Shown: positions 35,946 through 45,938, numbered from the stretch's first letter. The stretch is DNA of 64,000 bases from an uncultured Anaerolineae bacterium (GCA_903908605.1 CAIVSQ010000264.1:494-64493); one strand, 5' to 3'. Notes: generated by a model from the sequence alone, not told the origin. A program made the numbers and translations.

Positions 35946-36374
35946 ATGTCCACGGAGAATGATGGTAAGTACCGACAGTTGATGACCATCCCTGCCGGGG
36001 CAATTGATGAAAATGGACATGTCAACAATGTCCAGTACCTGCAGTGGATGCAGGATATCGCCGTGAGTCACTACAGTGACATGGGGGGTTCTGCTCCGAC
36101 GCAGTCTTTGGGGGCTACCTGGGTCGTTCGTTCTCACATGATTGAGTATTTCAGGCCGGCCTTTGAAGGCGATGAAATTGAAGTGCGTACCTGGGTTGTT
36201 AACCTGCGCATGGTGCGTTCCCGGCGTCGTTACGAGTTTTCTCGCAAAGATGACGGCAGTCTGCTGGTAAAAGGTGAAACGGATTGGGTATTTGTCGATG
36301 TCGCCAGTGGGCGTCCATTGGCTATCCCCGAAAATATTGCCGGTCTTTTCACCCTTGTGCCAGATGAGGGCTAA
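35946..36374 (+). CDS. Acyl-CoA thioesterase, 4HBT/YbgC (hotdog fold) family
   Basis: NGHVNNVQYLQWMQD catalytic region and the size typical of hotdog thioesterases. Confidence 0.8.
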   Translation: MSTENDGKYRQLMTIPAGAIDENGHVNNVQYLQWMQDIAVSHYSDMGGSAPTQSLGATWVVRSHMIEYFRPAFEGDEIEVRTWVVNLRMVRSRRRYEFSRKDDGSLLVKGETDWVFVDVASGRPLAIPENIAGLFTLVPDEG

Positions 36375-36437
36375 ACCGATCCGATTTCAGCCGGGTACTT
36401 ACTCCATTTGCCCGGCCCCTGATGCTATAATTTAATT

Positions 36438-37247
36438 ATGAGATACGAAGTCATTCATCAACTTGAAATTCCAAAAATTGGGTTTGGGACCTGGACAATT
36501 GGCGGCCGTGATGGTCCTGATTATCCTGCCGATGCCCAGTCGTTAGCGGCCATGCGTTCAGCGATCGAGATTGGGTATACCCATTTTGATACAGCCGAAT
36601 ATTATGCTGGTGGGCACGCCGAGGAATTGCTTGGGCAAGCCGTTCGTCAATCTGGCATGGCACGCGATAAGGTATTCATTACATCCAAGGTTTCACCGGA
36701 ACACCTGCAATATGCGGATGTGCTGCGCTGCTGTGAAAACAGCCTCCGTCGCCTGGGTATGGAATACCTTGACCTCTACTTGATCCACTGGCCAATGCGG
36801 GGTATGAAACTTGCCGAGACATTTCGGGCCCTCAATGAGCTTGTTCGGGCTGGCAAAGTGCGTCATTTGGGTGTCAGCAACTTCAACCTTAAGTTGTTGC
36901 AGCAATCCTGCTCGCTTTCTGAAACTCCACTGCTGACCAACCAGGTCTCGTTTAGCATCCCCGATCGCGAATATCAAAATAATGGCGTACTGGAATACTG
37001 CCAGCAAAATAACATCTTGCTAACCGCCTACTCCCCTGTCAAACGCCGCAACATTTCGGTTAATAAACTGCTGCAGACCATTGCCCGCGCACATGGGGTA
37101 ACATCCCAGCAGGTGGCCCTGGCCTGGGTGGCAATGCAAGCACGTGTTATTACCATCCCCAAAGCGGTCAACCCCCAGCACCAGCTTGAAAATTACCAGG
37201 CAGGTGAGTTAATTCTTAGCGCAGCTGAAATGGAACAATTGGCCTGA
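36438..37247 (+). CDS. Aldo/keto reductase
   Basis: FDTAEYYAGGHAEELLG, LDLYLIHWP and HLGVSNF motifs. Confidence 0.85.
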   Translation: MRYEVIHQLEIPKIGFGTWTIGGRDGPDYPADAQSLAAMRSAIEIGYTHFDTAEYYAGGHAEELLGQAVRQSGMARDKVFITSKVSPEHLQYADVLRCCENSLRRLGMEYLDLYLIHWPMRGMKLAETFRALNELVRAGKVRHLGVSNFNLKLLQQSCSLSETPLLTNQVSFSIPDREYQNNGVLEYCQQNNILLTAYSPVKRRNISVNKLLQTIARAHGVTSQQVALAWVAMQARVITIPKAVNPQHQLENYQAGELILSAAEMEQLA

Positions 37248-37558
37248 TGAGCGCACCATTACGAATTTCCCCAGGTGTCATTGCCCAACCGCTGCCAGAG
37301 ACCGAACTGGAGCCGATGTACCGCGTCATTATTCACAATGACGATGTTACACCGATGGATTTTGTGGTGCATATTCTGGAGCGAATTTTCTTTGTCGTTG
37401 GGTCGATGGCGGTCGATATCATGTACGAGGCGCATCACAGCGGTGCGGCTTATGTCCAATCGCTTTCAAAAACTGAGGCGCAAAACCGGATTGGCCGGGC
37501 ACATTTTGCCGCCGGGCTGGAAGGTCACCCATTACGCTTTAGCATGGAACCTGAATAA
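37247..37558 (+). CDS. clpS: ATP-dependent Clp protease adaptor ClpS
   Basis: YRVIIHNDDVTPMDFVVHIL is the ClpS core motif. 103 aa. Confidence 0.85.
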   Translation: MSAPLRISPGVIAQPLPETELEPMYRVIIHNDDVTPMDFVVHILERIFFVVGSMAVDIMYEAHHSGAAYVQSLSKTEAQNRIGRAHFAAGLEGHPLRFSMEPE

Positions 37559-37594
37559 ATTCACGGGTTGCACTGTCACTTACTGAACCATGTG

Positions 37595-37634
37595 AATAAA
37601 ACAGGGAGATCCATAAGGTCTTCCTGTTTTATTG
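37595..37634 (+). terminator. Rho-independent terminator after clpS
   Basis: aataaaacaggga ... ttcctgttttatt hairpin with a T-rich 3' flank. Confidence 0.5.
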
Positions 37635-37656
37635 TAGATTTTTAGAAAGAGAGTAT

Positions 37657-38523
37657 ATGCAGGCACAAGATCACTTGACCGAAATTAACCTGGATGACCT
37701 GGTCTCATCTTTTGGTTTGCAACCAGGATCTCTGGCGGCCCGCCTGGTGCGACTGGTTTTCCATGCTCCTGCTGCAAAATTTGCTCGCATGATCCTGGAA
37801 TTTGACAACCGGATCGCCCAGGATTCGCTGCCTGGCAGCGCTGGCCAAATGTTGGACCGGTTTTCGCTAAGCTTGCAGGTTCGCGGGTTGGAAAATCTAC
37901 CCGATGGTGGCCCGGTGTTATTCCTGGCCAATCACCCAGGCATGGTCGATACCCTGGCTATTTTTAGCGCCATTCGGCGGGATGATCTCAATATCATTGC
38001 TCTGGACCGGCCTTTCCTGGTTTCGCTGCCCAATACAACCCGGCACCTGTTTTTTGTCAGTGATGACTCCAGCCAGCGTATGAAGGCAATTCGCCAGGCA
38101 AGCACACACCTGCGCGCTGGTGTCGCATTATTGACCTTCCCGGCCGGCCATATTGAGCCTGACCCGAATGTTTACCCAGGTGCACGCGAATCACTCACCG
38201 ATTGGACGGATTCTGCCGGGGTTTTCCTGCGCTTTGCACCGGGTACCCGCATCATCCCAGTCATGGTAAGTGGCGTGCTTTGGGAAAAAGCAGTGAAATT
38301 TCCTTTGACGCGTTTGAAAGCAGAACGCGAAGAGCGCGAAAAACTGGGTGCAGCGCTGCAGTTGCTGGCACACCTGTTATTTGATGCACGCCCACTCACC
38401 ATTCAGGTGGACTTTGGAAAGCCCATTACTGCGGAGCAGATCGGCTCCACAGACCTGCCGGCTGTCCACGCGGCTGTTTTGGCTGGCATGCGTGCGTTGA
38501 TTGATCGTTCATGGCCGGAATAA
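37657..38523 (+). CDS. Lysophospholipid/glycerol-3-phosphate acyltransferase family protein (PlsC-like)
   Basis: HX4D motif NHPGMVD and FPAGHIE (an FPEG-like block). Confidence 0.7.
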   Translation: MQAQDHLTEINLDDLVSSFGLQPGSLAARLVRLVFHAPAAKFARMILEFDNRIAQDSLPGSAGQMLDRFSLSLQVRGLENLPDGGPVLFLANHPGMVDTLAIFSAIRRDDLNIIALDRPFLVSLPNTTRHLFFVSDDSSQRMKAIRQASTHLRAGVALLTFPAGHIEPDPNVYPGARESLTDWTDSAGVFLRFAPGTRIIPVMVSGVLWEKAVKFPLTRLKAEREEREKLGAALQLLAHLLFDARPLTIQVDFGKPITAEQIGSTDLPAVHAAVLAGMRALIDRSWPE

Positions 38524-39506
38524 AACTCGACCGCAGCAAGTTGACTCGGATCCTGGTTTTCCTGGCCCTGGCTGCCTTGTTGACCTGGCCTTTGAGGAAT
38601 GTGCCCCTGCTCGAAATCTGGCTGGTTGTGCGGGGGCTGCATGCATGGCAGCTGGGTATCTTATTATTGCTGAATGGTCTGATCTACGTGCTGCTCAGCC
38701 TGCGTTGGTGGCTGGTGGTGCGTGCAGGCGCACGCAAGGTGCCCTTCTGGCCGCTTCTGATGGTGCGTGTGGCGGTCTTTGGGGTGAGTTACTTCACCCT
38801 TGGTCCCCAGGTGGGTGGTGAGCCGTTGCAAGTCCTGGCTTTACAGCGCCGCTATGGGTTATCGTATAGCCGGGCGACTGCTTCTGTTTTGATGGATAAG
38901 CTGCTGGAATTCCTGGTCAACTTCCTGCTGTTGGCGATTGGGTTGAGCGCTATTTTGCGCGCTGGCTTGCTGTCACAGGGCAATCCCAGTACTGCCCCTG
39001 CCCTGGTTTTATTGAGCCTGCTGATTGCCTGGCCTCCTGTGCATATAATTTTGATGTATTTCGGCCGGCTACCGCTTTCTATCTTGTTTGCCAGGATGCC
39101 TTTCCTGCCCAAACGTTCAGGCTTTGTGCGCTTTATTCGCGCTTCTGAATGGATGGCTTCCCGTTTTTGCCGCAGGCATTTGCGCGCCTTGTTGGCCGCG
39201 TTATTGGTCTCATTGCTGGCTGGGTGTGGCATGTTGTTGGAATATGGTCTGGTATTGAATTTTTTGGCCATTAACCTGCCTTTTTGGACCGTCGTGGCTG
39301 GTTGGACGGCTGGCTGGTTATCTTTTCTCGTGCCGTTACCGGGTGGCCTGGGTGCTTTGGAAGCCAGCCAGGTCTTTGTCCTGGGTGCTTTTGGCATCCC
39401 GGTGGCCCAGGCAATTGGTGTGACTTTGCTAGTGCGTGCCCGTGACTTGTTGGTTGGTGGTTTTGGGTTACTGTTGGCAGGTAATGGATTTTCAAGGGTA
39501 AAATAA
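38511..39506 (+). CDS. Flippase-like membrane protein (UPF0104 / lysyl-phosphatidylglycerol synthase TM-region family)
   Basis: About eight TM segments and the characteristic VPLPGGLGALEAS motif. It overlaps the acyltransferase gene by 13 nt. Confidence 0.7.
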   Translation: MAGIKLDRSKLTRILVFLALAALLTWPLRNVPLLEIWLVVRGLHAWQLGILLLLNGLIYVLLSLRWWLVVRAGARKVPFWPLLMVRVAVFGVSYFTLGPQVGGEPLQVLALQRRYGLSYSRATASVLMDKLLEFLVNFLLLAIGLSAILRAGLLSQGNPSTAPALVLLSLLIAWPPVHIILMYFGRLPLSILFARMPFLPKRSGFVRFIRASEWMASRFCRRHLRALLAALLVSLLAGCGMLLEYGLVLNFLAINLPFWTVVAGWTAGWLSFLVPLPGGLGALEASQVFVLGAFGIPVAQAIGVTLLVRARDLLVGGFGLLLAGNGFSRVK

Positions 39507-39510
39507 CCGC

Positions 39511-40521
39511 ATGCAAACCCGTCGAACTGTATATTTCAATGCGCCGCGCCAGGTGGAGGTTCGCCAGGAGCCCATCCCACAGCCTGGGCTTGGGCAGGTG
39601 CTTGTGCAAACCCTGTTTTCAGCCATCAGCCCCGGTACAGAAATGCTGGTCTACCGTGGGCAGTTCCCCGATTTACCTGTTGATGCAAGCATTGAGTCAC
39701 TAGAGGGCGGTTTTGCATATCCGCTGGCCTACGGCTATGCCTGTGTGGGCCGTGTTATCCAAACTGGCCCCGGGGTTGGTGCGGAGTGGCAGGATCGGTT
39801 GGTTTTTTCTTTTCAACCGCACACCTCATTCTTTACCTGTGAGCCTCATGCGCTGATGCCGTTGCCTGCCGGGCTTAGCCCAGAAACGGCTTGTTTTTTG
39901 CCTAACATGGAGACCGCAGTCAACCTGGTGCAGGATGGCGCTCCGCTGCTCGGAGAAAACGTATTGGTGTTTGGGCAGGGCATTGTTGGCTTGTTGACCA
40001 CTGCCTTGCTGGCGCAATTCCCTTTGGGCAGTCTGGTGTGTGTCGATCTGCTTGCCAACCGGCGGGCAGCCGCCCTGGCATCGGGTGCAACTGCTGCATT
40101 TGACCCGTGTGAACAATATTTCAAGCAGCAGGCCCAGCAATTACTTGGAAGTGGGGCCGACCTGGTTTTTGAGTTGAGCGGTGCGCCGCAAGCGCTTGAC
40201 CAGGCCATCGCGCTGACCCGGTTTAGCGGACGGGTGTTGATTGGTTCCTGGTATGGCACCAAGCGCGCCCCATTGGACCTGGGTGGCAGTTTTCACCGCT
40301 CACGCATCCGGCTGATCTCCTCGCAAGTTAGCAGTATTGCTCCCGAGCTTTCGGGTCGGTGGGACAAGACCAGGCGTTTCAATCTCGCCTGGCAAGCGTT
40401 GGAACGAATTCAACCAGAAAAGTGGATTTCGGCCCGTTTCCCCATTGCGCAGGCAGCTGCTGCGTACGAACTGCTGGACCAACGCCCGGGTGAAGTAATG
40501 CAAATTGTGTTTGAATATTGA
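39511..40521 (+). CDS. MDR-superfamily (zinc-type alcohol dehydrogenase-like) oxidoreductase
   Basis: AISPGTE block and Rossmann motif VFGQGIVG. The catalytic-zinc Cys/His ligands are not evident. Confidence 0.7.
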   Translation: MQTRRTVYFNAPRQVEVRQEPIPQPGLGQVLVQTLFSAISPGTEMLVYRGQFPDLPVDASIESLEGGFAYPLAYGYACVGRVIQTGPGVGAEWQDRLVFSFQPHTSFFTCEPHALMPLPAGLSPETACFLPNMETAVNLVQDGAPLLGENVLVFGQGIVGLLTTALLAQFPLGSLVCVDLLANRRAAALASGATAAFDPCEQYFKQQAQQLLGSGADLVFELSGAPQALDQAIALTRFSGRVLIGSWYGTKRAPLDLGGSFHRSRIRLISSQVSSIAPELSGRWDKTRRFNLAWQALERIQPEKWISARFPIAQAAAAYELLDQRPGEVMQIVFEY

Positions 40522-40535
40522 ACGGCTCATATTCC

Positions 40536-41225
40536 ATGAATTTTGATTACGTTTCTCTCGAAAATTGTTCATCTGCCACCGGCACCGTAATAGTCATCGA
40601 TGTACTACGTGCATTTAGCACGGCTGCCTATGCCCTGCAGCGTGGTGTCACCAGCATCTGCCTGGTGAGTGGGGTGCAGGAAGCACTCGATTTAAAAACG
40701 CTCAACCCGGACTGGTTGGTGATGGGCGAGGTACAGGGTCTACCACCAGCCGGGTTTGACCTTGGCAATTCGCCTACCCAACTGCTGGAGCGGGACCTGT
40801 CTGGACGGACCATGGTACAGCGCACCAGTGCGGGAACCCAGGGTGTTGTGCTTACTGCCAAGGCCGAGGTGCTGTTGGCAGCCAGTTTTGTTGTGGCCGG
40901 TGCCACGGTTCGTTATGCATTAAAAACCAACCCGACCAGGGTGACCTTCGTTTTGACTGGTGGGGCGAACTGCGCGGAAGATCTGGCTTGTGCCGATTAC
41001 CTTTCCGAGCGATTTAATGGACGCATGCCTGACTCAGCGCCATTCATTCGCCGGGTGTTCGCCGCCGAGGATGCTGCGCGCCACCTGGACCCGGCTCAGC
41101 CGGAGTTTCCACGCTCTGACCTGGATTACTGCACCCGAATCGATGCTTTCCCATTTGCCATGCCGGTTACCCGTGAAGCCCAAGGCCTGGTACTACACGC
41201 CGTTTTGCCAGATCCAGTGAACTGA
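40536..41225 (+). CDS. 2-phosphosulfolactate phosphatase (ComB) family protein
   Basis: VIVIDVLRAFSTAA N-terminal signature of the ComB family. ATG at 40536 (the track start at 40518 is a TTG). Confidence 0.7.
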   Translation: MNFDYVSLENCSSATGTVIVIDVLRAFSTAAYALQRGVTSICLVSGVQEALDLKTLNPDWLVMGEVQGLPPAGFDLGNSPTQLLERDLSGRTMVQRTSAGTQGVVLTAKAEVLLAASFVVAGATVRYALKTNPTRVTFVLTGGANCAEDLACADYLSERFNGRMPDSAPFIRRVFAAEDAARHLDPAQPEFPRSDLDYCTRIDAFPFAMPVTREAQGLVLHAVLPDPVN

Positions 41226-41267
41226 TTGTTTTCATCCATTTTTTATACTGATCACATAGGAGCATTT

Positions 41268-41645
41268 ATGTACACATTGGCTGTTCGCAAGGATTTTATT
41301 GCCCGTCACTACCTGATCGGTGGGGATTGGGGCCCCGAGAATTACCCCAATTCGCATCACTATCTGCTGGAACTGCGTCTGGCGGGAGATAGCCTCGATC
41401 AGCATGGTTACCTGGTGGATATCGTTGAGGTTGATAAGCACTTGGGTGAGGTGGTTGGTTACTATAATGAGAAAATGCTGAACGACCTGCCGGAATTTGC
41501 CGGTATCAACCCATCCATTGAACATTTTTCGCGTTTCTTGTGCGAAGCCTTCAATGAAAGACTGTCATTCGCCAATATCTCGAAGGTAAAAGTGGTGCTC
41601 TGGGAAAATGACACTGCCTGGGTCTCCTATTCCATCCATCGCTGA
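41268..41645 (+). CDS. 6-pyruvoyl-tetrahydropterin / 6-carboxytetrahydropterin synthase (PTPS/QueD) family protein
   Basis: TAGGAG RBS. FIARHYL and NSHHYLLEL correspond to the His-containing zinc-binding blocks of the PTPS fold. About 125 aa. Confidence 0.7.
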   Translation: MYTLAVRKDFIARHYLIGGDWGPENYPNSHHYLLELRLAGDSLDQHGYLVDIVEVDKHLGEVVGYYNEKMLNDLPEFAGINPSIEHFSRFLCEAFNERLSFANISKVKVVLWENDTAWVSYSIHR

Positions 41646-41680
41646 TGGCACAATAGAAAAATCGAATTGGCTTGTAACAA

Positions 41681-42736
41681 ATGAAGATAGGGCTGTTAAT
41701 TTATGGATCCCTGGATACGCTAAGCGGTGGTTATTTTTATGATCGCCGTTTGGTCGAGTATTTGCGCGCCCATGGCGAAACAGTTGAGATCATCTCATTA
41801 CTCTGGCGTAATTACCCTGCTCATCTTAGTGACAACCTGCACTTCAGGCTGCCGCCAGGGCTGGATGTACTGATTGAGGATGAGCTTAATCATCCTTCTC
41901 TACTGCGCGCCAATGCAGGAATACATCCATATCCGCTGGTTAGCCTGGTGCACCACCTGCGCTCTTCCGAACTGCACCCTGCCCCGTTATCCTGGTTGTA
42001 CAGGCAGGTTGAACGTCGCTACCTGCGATCGGTGGATGCATTTATCTTCAACTCCCAGACCACGCGCTTAGCAGTTCAAAACATGATTGGAAAAGCGCTC
42101 CAGGGGCCGGTGGCCTATCCACCCACCGATCGTTTTGGCCAGGCCCTACCAGCTGAGTTGGTCTCAGCTCGCGCCCAACAGCCTGGCCCCTTGCGCTTGG
42201 TCTTCCTGGGTAACCTGATCGCACGTAAGGGACTGCACACCTTGCTCCTGGCGTTGCGTGCCTGCCAAGCAGACGTGCGCCTCGATGTAATTGGCTCTCC
42301 CAGCGCGGATCCGCGCTATGCACAGGACATGCGCGACCTGGCGTCAAAGGGAAATTTGGCCGGGCGGGTGGTCTTTCACGGTGCATTGGATAATTTAGCG
42401 CTGGCAGAAAAACTACGGCAGGCGCATGTATTGGCCGTGCCATCTTCCTATGAAGGCTTTGGCATCGTGTATCTCGAAGGGATGGGCTTTGGCTTGCCAG
42501 CCATTGGCAGTTCGGCGGGTGCGGCGGGTGAGATCATCTCGGATGGACAGACAGGCTGCCTGGTTGCGAGTGGTGATGCGCTTGGGCTGGCGGAACGCAT
42601 TAAAGAATTTGCCAACAACCGCGGCTTATTGGAAAGACAATCGCTCCAGGCGCTCGAACGTTATAATCGCCAACCGTCCTGGGTGGAGACCGCCGCGAGC
42701 ATACACACATTCCTGTCCAAGCTGGTAGCCAAGTAA
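41681..42736 (+). CDS. Glycosyltransferase family 4 (GT-B, GT1 clan)
   Basis: C-terminal EGFGIVYLEGMGFGLPAI...E motif typical of retaining GT4 enzymes. Confidence 0.8.
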   Translation: MKIGLLIYGSLDTLSGGYFYDRRLVEYLRAHGETVEIISLLWRNYPAHLSDNLHFRLPPGLDVLIEDELNHPSLLRANAGIHPYPLVSLVHHLRSSELHPAPLSWLYRQVERRYLRSVDAFIFNSQTTRLAVQNMIGKALQGPVAYPPTDRFGQALPAELVSARAQQPGPLRLVFLGNLIARKGLHTLLLALRACQADVRLDVIGSPSADPRYAQDMRDLASKGNLAGRVVFHGALDNLALAEKLRQAHVLAVPSSYEGFGIVYLEGMGFGLPAIGSSAGAAGEIISDGQTGCLVASGDALGLAERIKEFANNRGLLERQSLQALERYNRQPSWVETAASIHTFLSKLVAK

Positions 42737-42821
42737 CTCAAGCGTGGTGATTATTTTCCCTGTCGTTGTTTCCCCCTTTTGGGGCTGTTGATGAGAAGAA
42801 GGATTGGTATATAATCTTTTT

Positions 42822-43715
42822 ATGGAATATTCTTTTCCCCGTTATTTAATGTCCAAGCAAAGTGTGGATGAACGAGCCCTCAACCGGCAGGTGTATGAAC
42901 GGTTGGCAGCCAGCCTGCCAGGTGGAAAGCTGCGTATCATCGAAGTGGGCGCAGGGATCGGTACCATGCTGGCTCGCCTGTTGCGTTGGGGGTTGTTTAC
43001 GCAAGCCGAGTATGTCCTGGTGGATGAGATGCAAGAGAATATTATGCATGCAGAAGGTTGGCTGCGCGATTGGGCCGCTGAAAACGGCATGCATACCTCC
43101 ATTCCCATGCCTGGTACCTTGCATATGGCAGATGCAACCCGTGAGTTGACCATCACCCTGGTGCAGGCAGATGTTTTTGATTATATAAAAACCAACCCTG
43201 AGCCTGCTGACCTGTTAATTGCGCATGCCTTCCTGGATTTACTGCCCATGCCAGCCAGCCTGACGGGTTTGTTTTCACTGCTGCGTCTGGGCGGTTTGGC
43301 CTGGTTGACGATTAATTTTGATGGTGTCACCACCCTTGAGCCTGTGATTGAACCAGCGCTCGACCTTAAAATTGAACAACTCTATCATCGCAGCATGGAC
43401 ACCCGCCCCAGTGGGGGTGACAGCCAGGCCGGGCGGCATCTCTTCACGCACCTGGCTCGCTTTGGCGTGCAGATCATGGCAGCTGGTTCATCCGACTGGG
43501 TCGTTCATGCCATCGATGGCCATTACCCGGTTGATGAGGCTTATTTTCTCCATTTTATCCTTCATTTTTTTGAGCTATCGCTCTCTGATCAGGCAGAACT
43601 TGATCGCCAAACCCTGCTGGATTGGCTCGATAAACGCCGTGCGCAGGTCGAGCGTGGTGAATTGGTCTATATCGCTCACCAGATGGATTTCCTGGTGAAA
43701 CTTCCTCGCGACTGA
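42822..43715 (+). CDS. Class I SAM-dependent methyltransferase
   Basis: Motif I IIEVGAGIGTM. The start is uncertain (ATG 42822 or 42849; the track start at 42804 is a TTG). Confidence 0.7.
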   Translation: MEYSFPRYLMSKQSVDERALNRQVYERLAASLPGGKLRIIEVGAGIGTMLARLLRWGLFTQAEYVLVDEMQENIMHAEGWLRDWAAENGMHTSIPMPGTLHMADATRELTITLVQADVFDYIKTNPEPADLLIAHAFLDLLPMPASLTGLFSLLRLGGLAWLTINFDGVTTLEPVIEPALDLKIEQLYHRSMDTRPSGGDSQAGRHLFTHLARFGVQIMAAGSSDWVVHAIDGHYPVDEAYFLHFILHFFELSLSDQAELDRQTLLDWLDKRRAQVERGELVYIAHQMDFLVKLPRD

Positions 43716-43742
43716 TCCGTATTTAAAGAACGGAGTAATGCC

Positions 43743-44348
43743 ATGATTCATTCTTACGAAGTGAACGGTTTGCCTGTCAAGACAGGCGACATTGTTTGCA
43801 CATCAAATGGAAAACCCAACATCCTACCAGGCGAATTTTGGCGTTTCGTCGGTCGTCTGGTACCGGGTGACGTTGACCATATCGCAATGTATCTTGGCCC
43901 GGATGGTCGTTTTGTAGAGGCGGGTGCGCTGGGCGTGGTCACTTTCGAGATTCACGACAACCTCTGGTACCCTGAGCACGTCATGTCTGCCCGTGGCACC
44001 CTGGTGGATACCTTCTATGGTGTAGCCTACCCACTGGCGGAGATTGGTCTGTCGCACAGCGAAGAGGATGAAATTCGCGCCGCTGTGGCAGATTACTGCC
44101 TGGCACATCTAGGCCGGCCTTATAACCTTAATTTCCTCGATCCAGATCGCGAGGATGCTTTTTACTGCAGTCAACTGGCCTACAAGGCTTACCTGCCCTG
44201 GGGGATAAACCTGAATACCGGTCTTTTTATTGAGCAATTACCCGGGACAAATCAAATTATCTACCCGCAGGAGATCTGGGATGGTTGCAAGCACCGCCGC
44301 GATGAGAGCGGGTTGTATTTGCAAACTGTTCCAGATGTGACCGACTGA
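43743..44348 (+). CDS. YiiX/YaeF-like permuted papain-fold (C92) amidase family protein
   Basis: TGDIVCT N-terminus, HIAMYLG (His) and FYCSQLAYKAY (Cys) in the permuted order typical of this family. Confidence 0.6.
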   Translation: MIHSYEVNGLPVKTGDIVCTSNGKPNILPGEFWRFVGRLVPGDVDHIAMYLGPDGRFVEAGALGVVTFEIHDNLWYPEHVMSARGTLVDTFYGVAYPLAEIGLSHSEEDEIRAAVADYCLAHLGRPYNLNFLDPDREDAFYCSQLAYKAYLPWGINLNTGLFIEQLPGTNQIIYPQEIWDGCKHRRDESGLYLQTVPDVTD

Positions 44349-44381
44349 CCTCGTCGCGCGTAAAGAGGGGTTGAGATCCAC

Positions 44382-45173
44382 ATGCGTATTCATCATTTAA
44401 ACTGTATGACCTTTTACCAGGGCTACCGGGAGATTACCCACTGCCTGTTGGTTGAAAGCCCTGATGGCCTGGTTTTGGTGGATAGCGGCCTGGGTTTGGC
44501 GGATTATACCCATCCGGCCTGGCGTGTGAAGGTGATGACCGCAGTTGATCGTGTGCCCTGTGACCTGGAAGAAACCGCGTTTCGGCAGGTTCAGCGGCTG
44601 GGATTTTCTCCCCGTGATGTTCGACACATTGTCCTAACCCACTTGCATTATGACCACAGCGGTGGCCTGCCCGATTTCCCTTGGGCAAAAGTGCATGTTT
44701 TTGAGAACGAGTACCAGTCTGCCATGCACCCGCGTTGGTATCATTTTCTCGACATGTTTGGCGTTAGTCCAAGCCACTGGGCACACAATCCTGATTGGGT
44801 CAGGCACTTTGAAGGCTGGCGCGATTGGTACGGCATGCCGGCCTTGCCCGTAATGGGGGGCGATGAGCCCACTATTTTGTTGGTGCCACTGCCTGGGCAT
44901 ACCCCTGGTCACTGTGGGGTGGCGGTCAAATCAGATTCTGGTTGGCTGCTGCACTGTGGCGATGCCTTTGTCCGCTCAATGGAAGTCGATCCCGTTGCCC
45001 CTCGCAGGCATTTCCCATTTTGGTTCTGGCCCATTGAGCGTGTAATGTTCCCGGCCAGGCAGCAGCAGCGCTTGCGCGACCTGTTACGCCAGCATGCTGG
45101 TGAGGTTAGCCTGGTTTGTTCTCATGACCCGCATGTTTTTGACAAACTTGTTTCTAAATCTCCCCAACAGTGA
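44382..45173 (+). CDS. MBL-fold metallo-hydrolase
   Basis: HxHxDH motif THLHYDHSGG, with later GHTPGH and CGD ligand blocks. Confidence 0.8.
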   Translation: MRIHHLNCMTFYQGYREITHCLLVESPDGLVLVDSGLGLADYTHPAWRVKVMTAVDRVPCDLEETAFRQVQRLGFSPRDVRHIVLTHLHYDHSGGLPDFPWAKVHVFENEYQSAMHPRWYHFLDMFGVSPSHWAHNPDWVRHFEGWRDWYGMPALPVMGGDEPTILLVPLPGHTPGHCGVAVKSDSGWLLHCGDAFVRSMEVDPVAPRRHFPFWFWPIERVMFPARQQQRLRDLLRQHAGEVSLVCSHDPHVFDKLVSKSPQQ

Positions 45174-45270
45174 TGTAAGTACTGACGAATCCGGATGTTG
45201 AATTCGAAACAGTCAGTGTTGTTAATATACTTTTAACGAAAATAGAACATAATTTCTGATAAAATAACCA

Positions 45271-45294
45271 GGCGGGATTTCCCGCCATTTTATT
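45271..45294 (+). terminator. Short rho-independent terminator after the MBL gene
   Basis: ggcggg-attt-cccgcc hairpin followed by attttatt. Confidence 0.45.
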
Positions 45295-45307
45295 GTTGGA
45301 GGAAAGC

Positions 45308-45739
45308 ATGAATCTTATTAGTATTAACTGGTTGGCGGTAATAGCATGTGTGTTGGTTAGCATGATCAGCGGATCGCTCTGGTATAACCCCAAGACTTTT
45401 TTCCCCACCTGGTGGAAAGGCATTGGCAAAACCGATAAAGACATTCCTGGTGGTGGCGGTTCGATGGCCATGACCTGGGGGCTGACCTTATTAGCCTCTT
45501 TTGGTCAGGCGGTTGCCATGGCCCTGATGGTACCTGCCATGGGCAGCTTGATGACCGGTGGAGTTTCAGCCATTTCGGGTGCGGGCACTGGTTTTATGCT
45601 CTGGTTGGGTTTCATTGCTCCCACTTACCTGGTCAATAAGCTTTTTGCCGGGCACGGGCTGAAAATTTGGGCCATTGAAGTCGGTAACCATCTGGTCAAT
45701 TTTGTCCTGTTTGGGTTGATCTTGGGTGCCTGGCGCTAA
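45308..45739 (+). CDS. DUF1761-family membrane protein
   Basis: GGAGGA RBS. NWLAVIACVLVSMISGSLWYNPKTFFPTWW is typical of DUF1761. Four TM segments. Confidence 0.6.
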   Translation: MNLISINWLAVIACVLVSMISGSLWYNPKTFFPTWWKGIGKTDKDIPGGGGSMAMTWGLTLLASFGQAVAMALMVPAMGSLMTGGVSAISGAGTGFMLWLGFIAPTYLVNKLFAGHGLKIWAIEVGNHLVNFVLFGLILGAWR

Positions 45740-45762
45740 AATCGACCCAGGCATTAAAAACG

Positions 45763-45807
45763 AAAACGCCACGCCTGTGTGTTCATTTCACTGGCGTGGC
45801 GTTTTTT
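45763..45807 (+). terminator. Rho-independent terminator
   Basis: aaaacgccacgcc ... ggcgtggcgtttt stem followed by a T-run. Confidence 0.6.
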
Positions 45808-45938
45808 GTGCTGGTAGTTGTTGGGTAATTAGCCTTTTTGAGCGTTCTCGAACATCTGTGATCTCTCCAGGTTTATACCCAGGTAAAGTCGTTTAGATTG
45901 ACTTCCCGGTTCTTATTCACAGCCTTGGTGGGAGCAGA

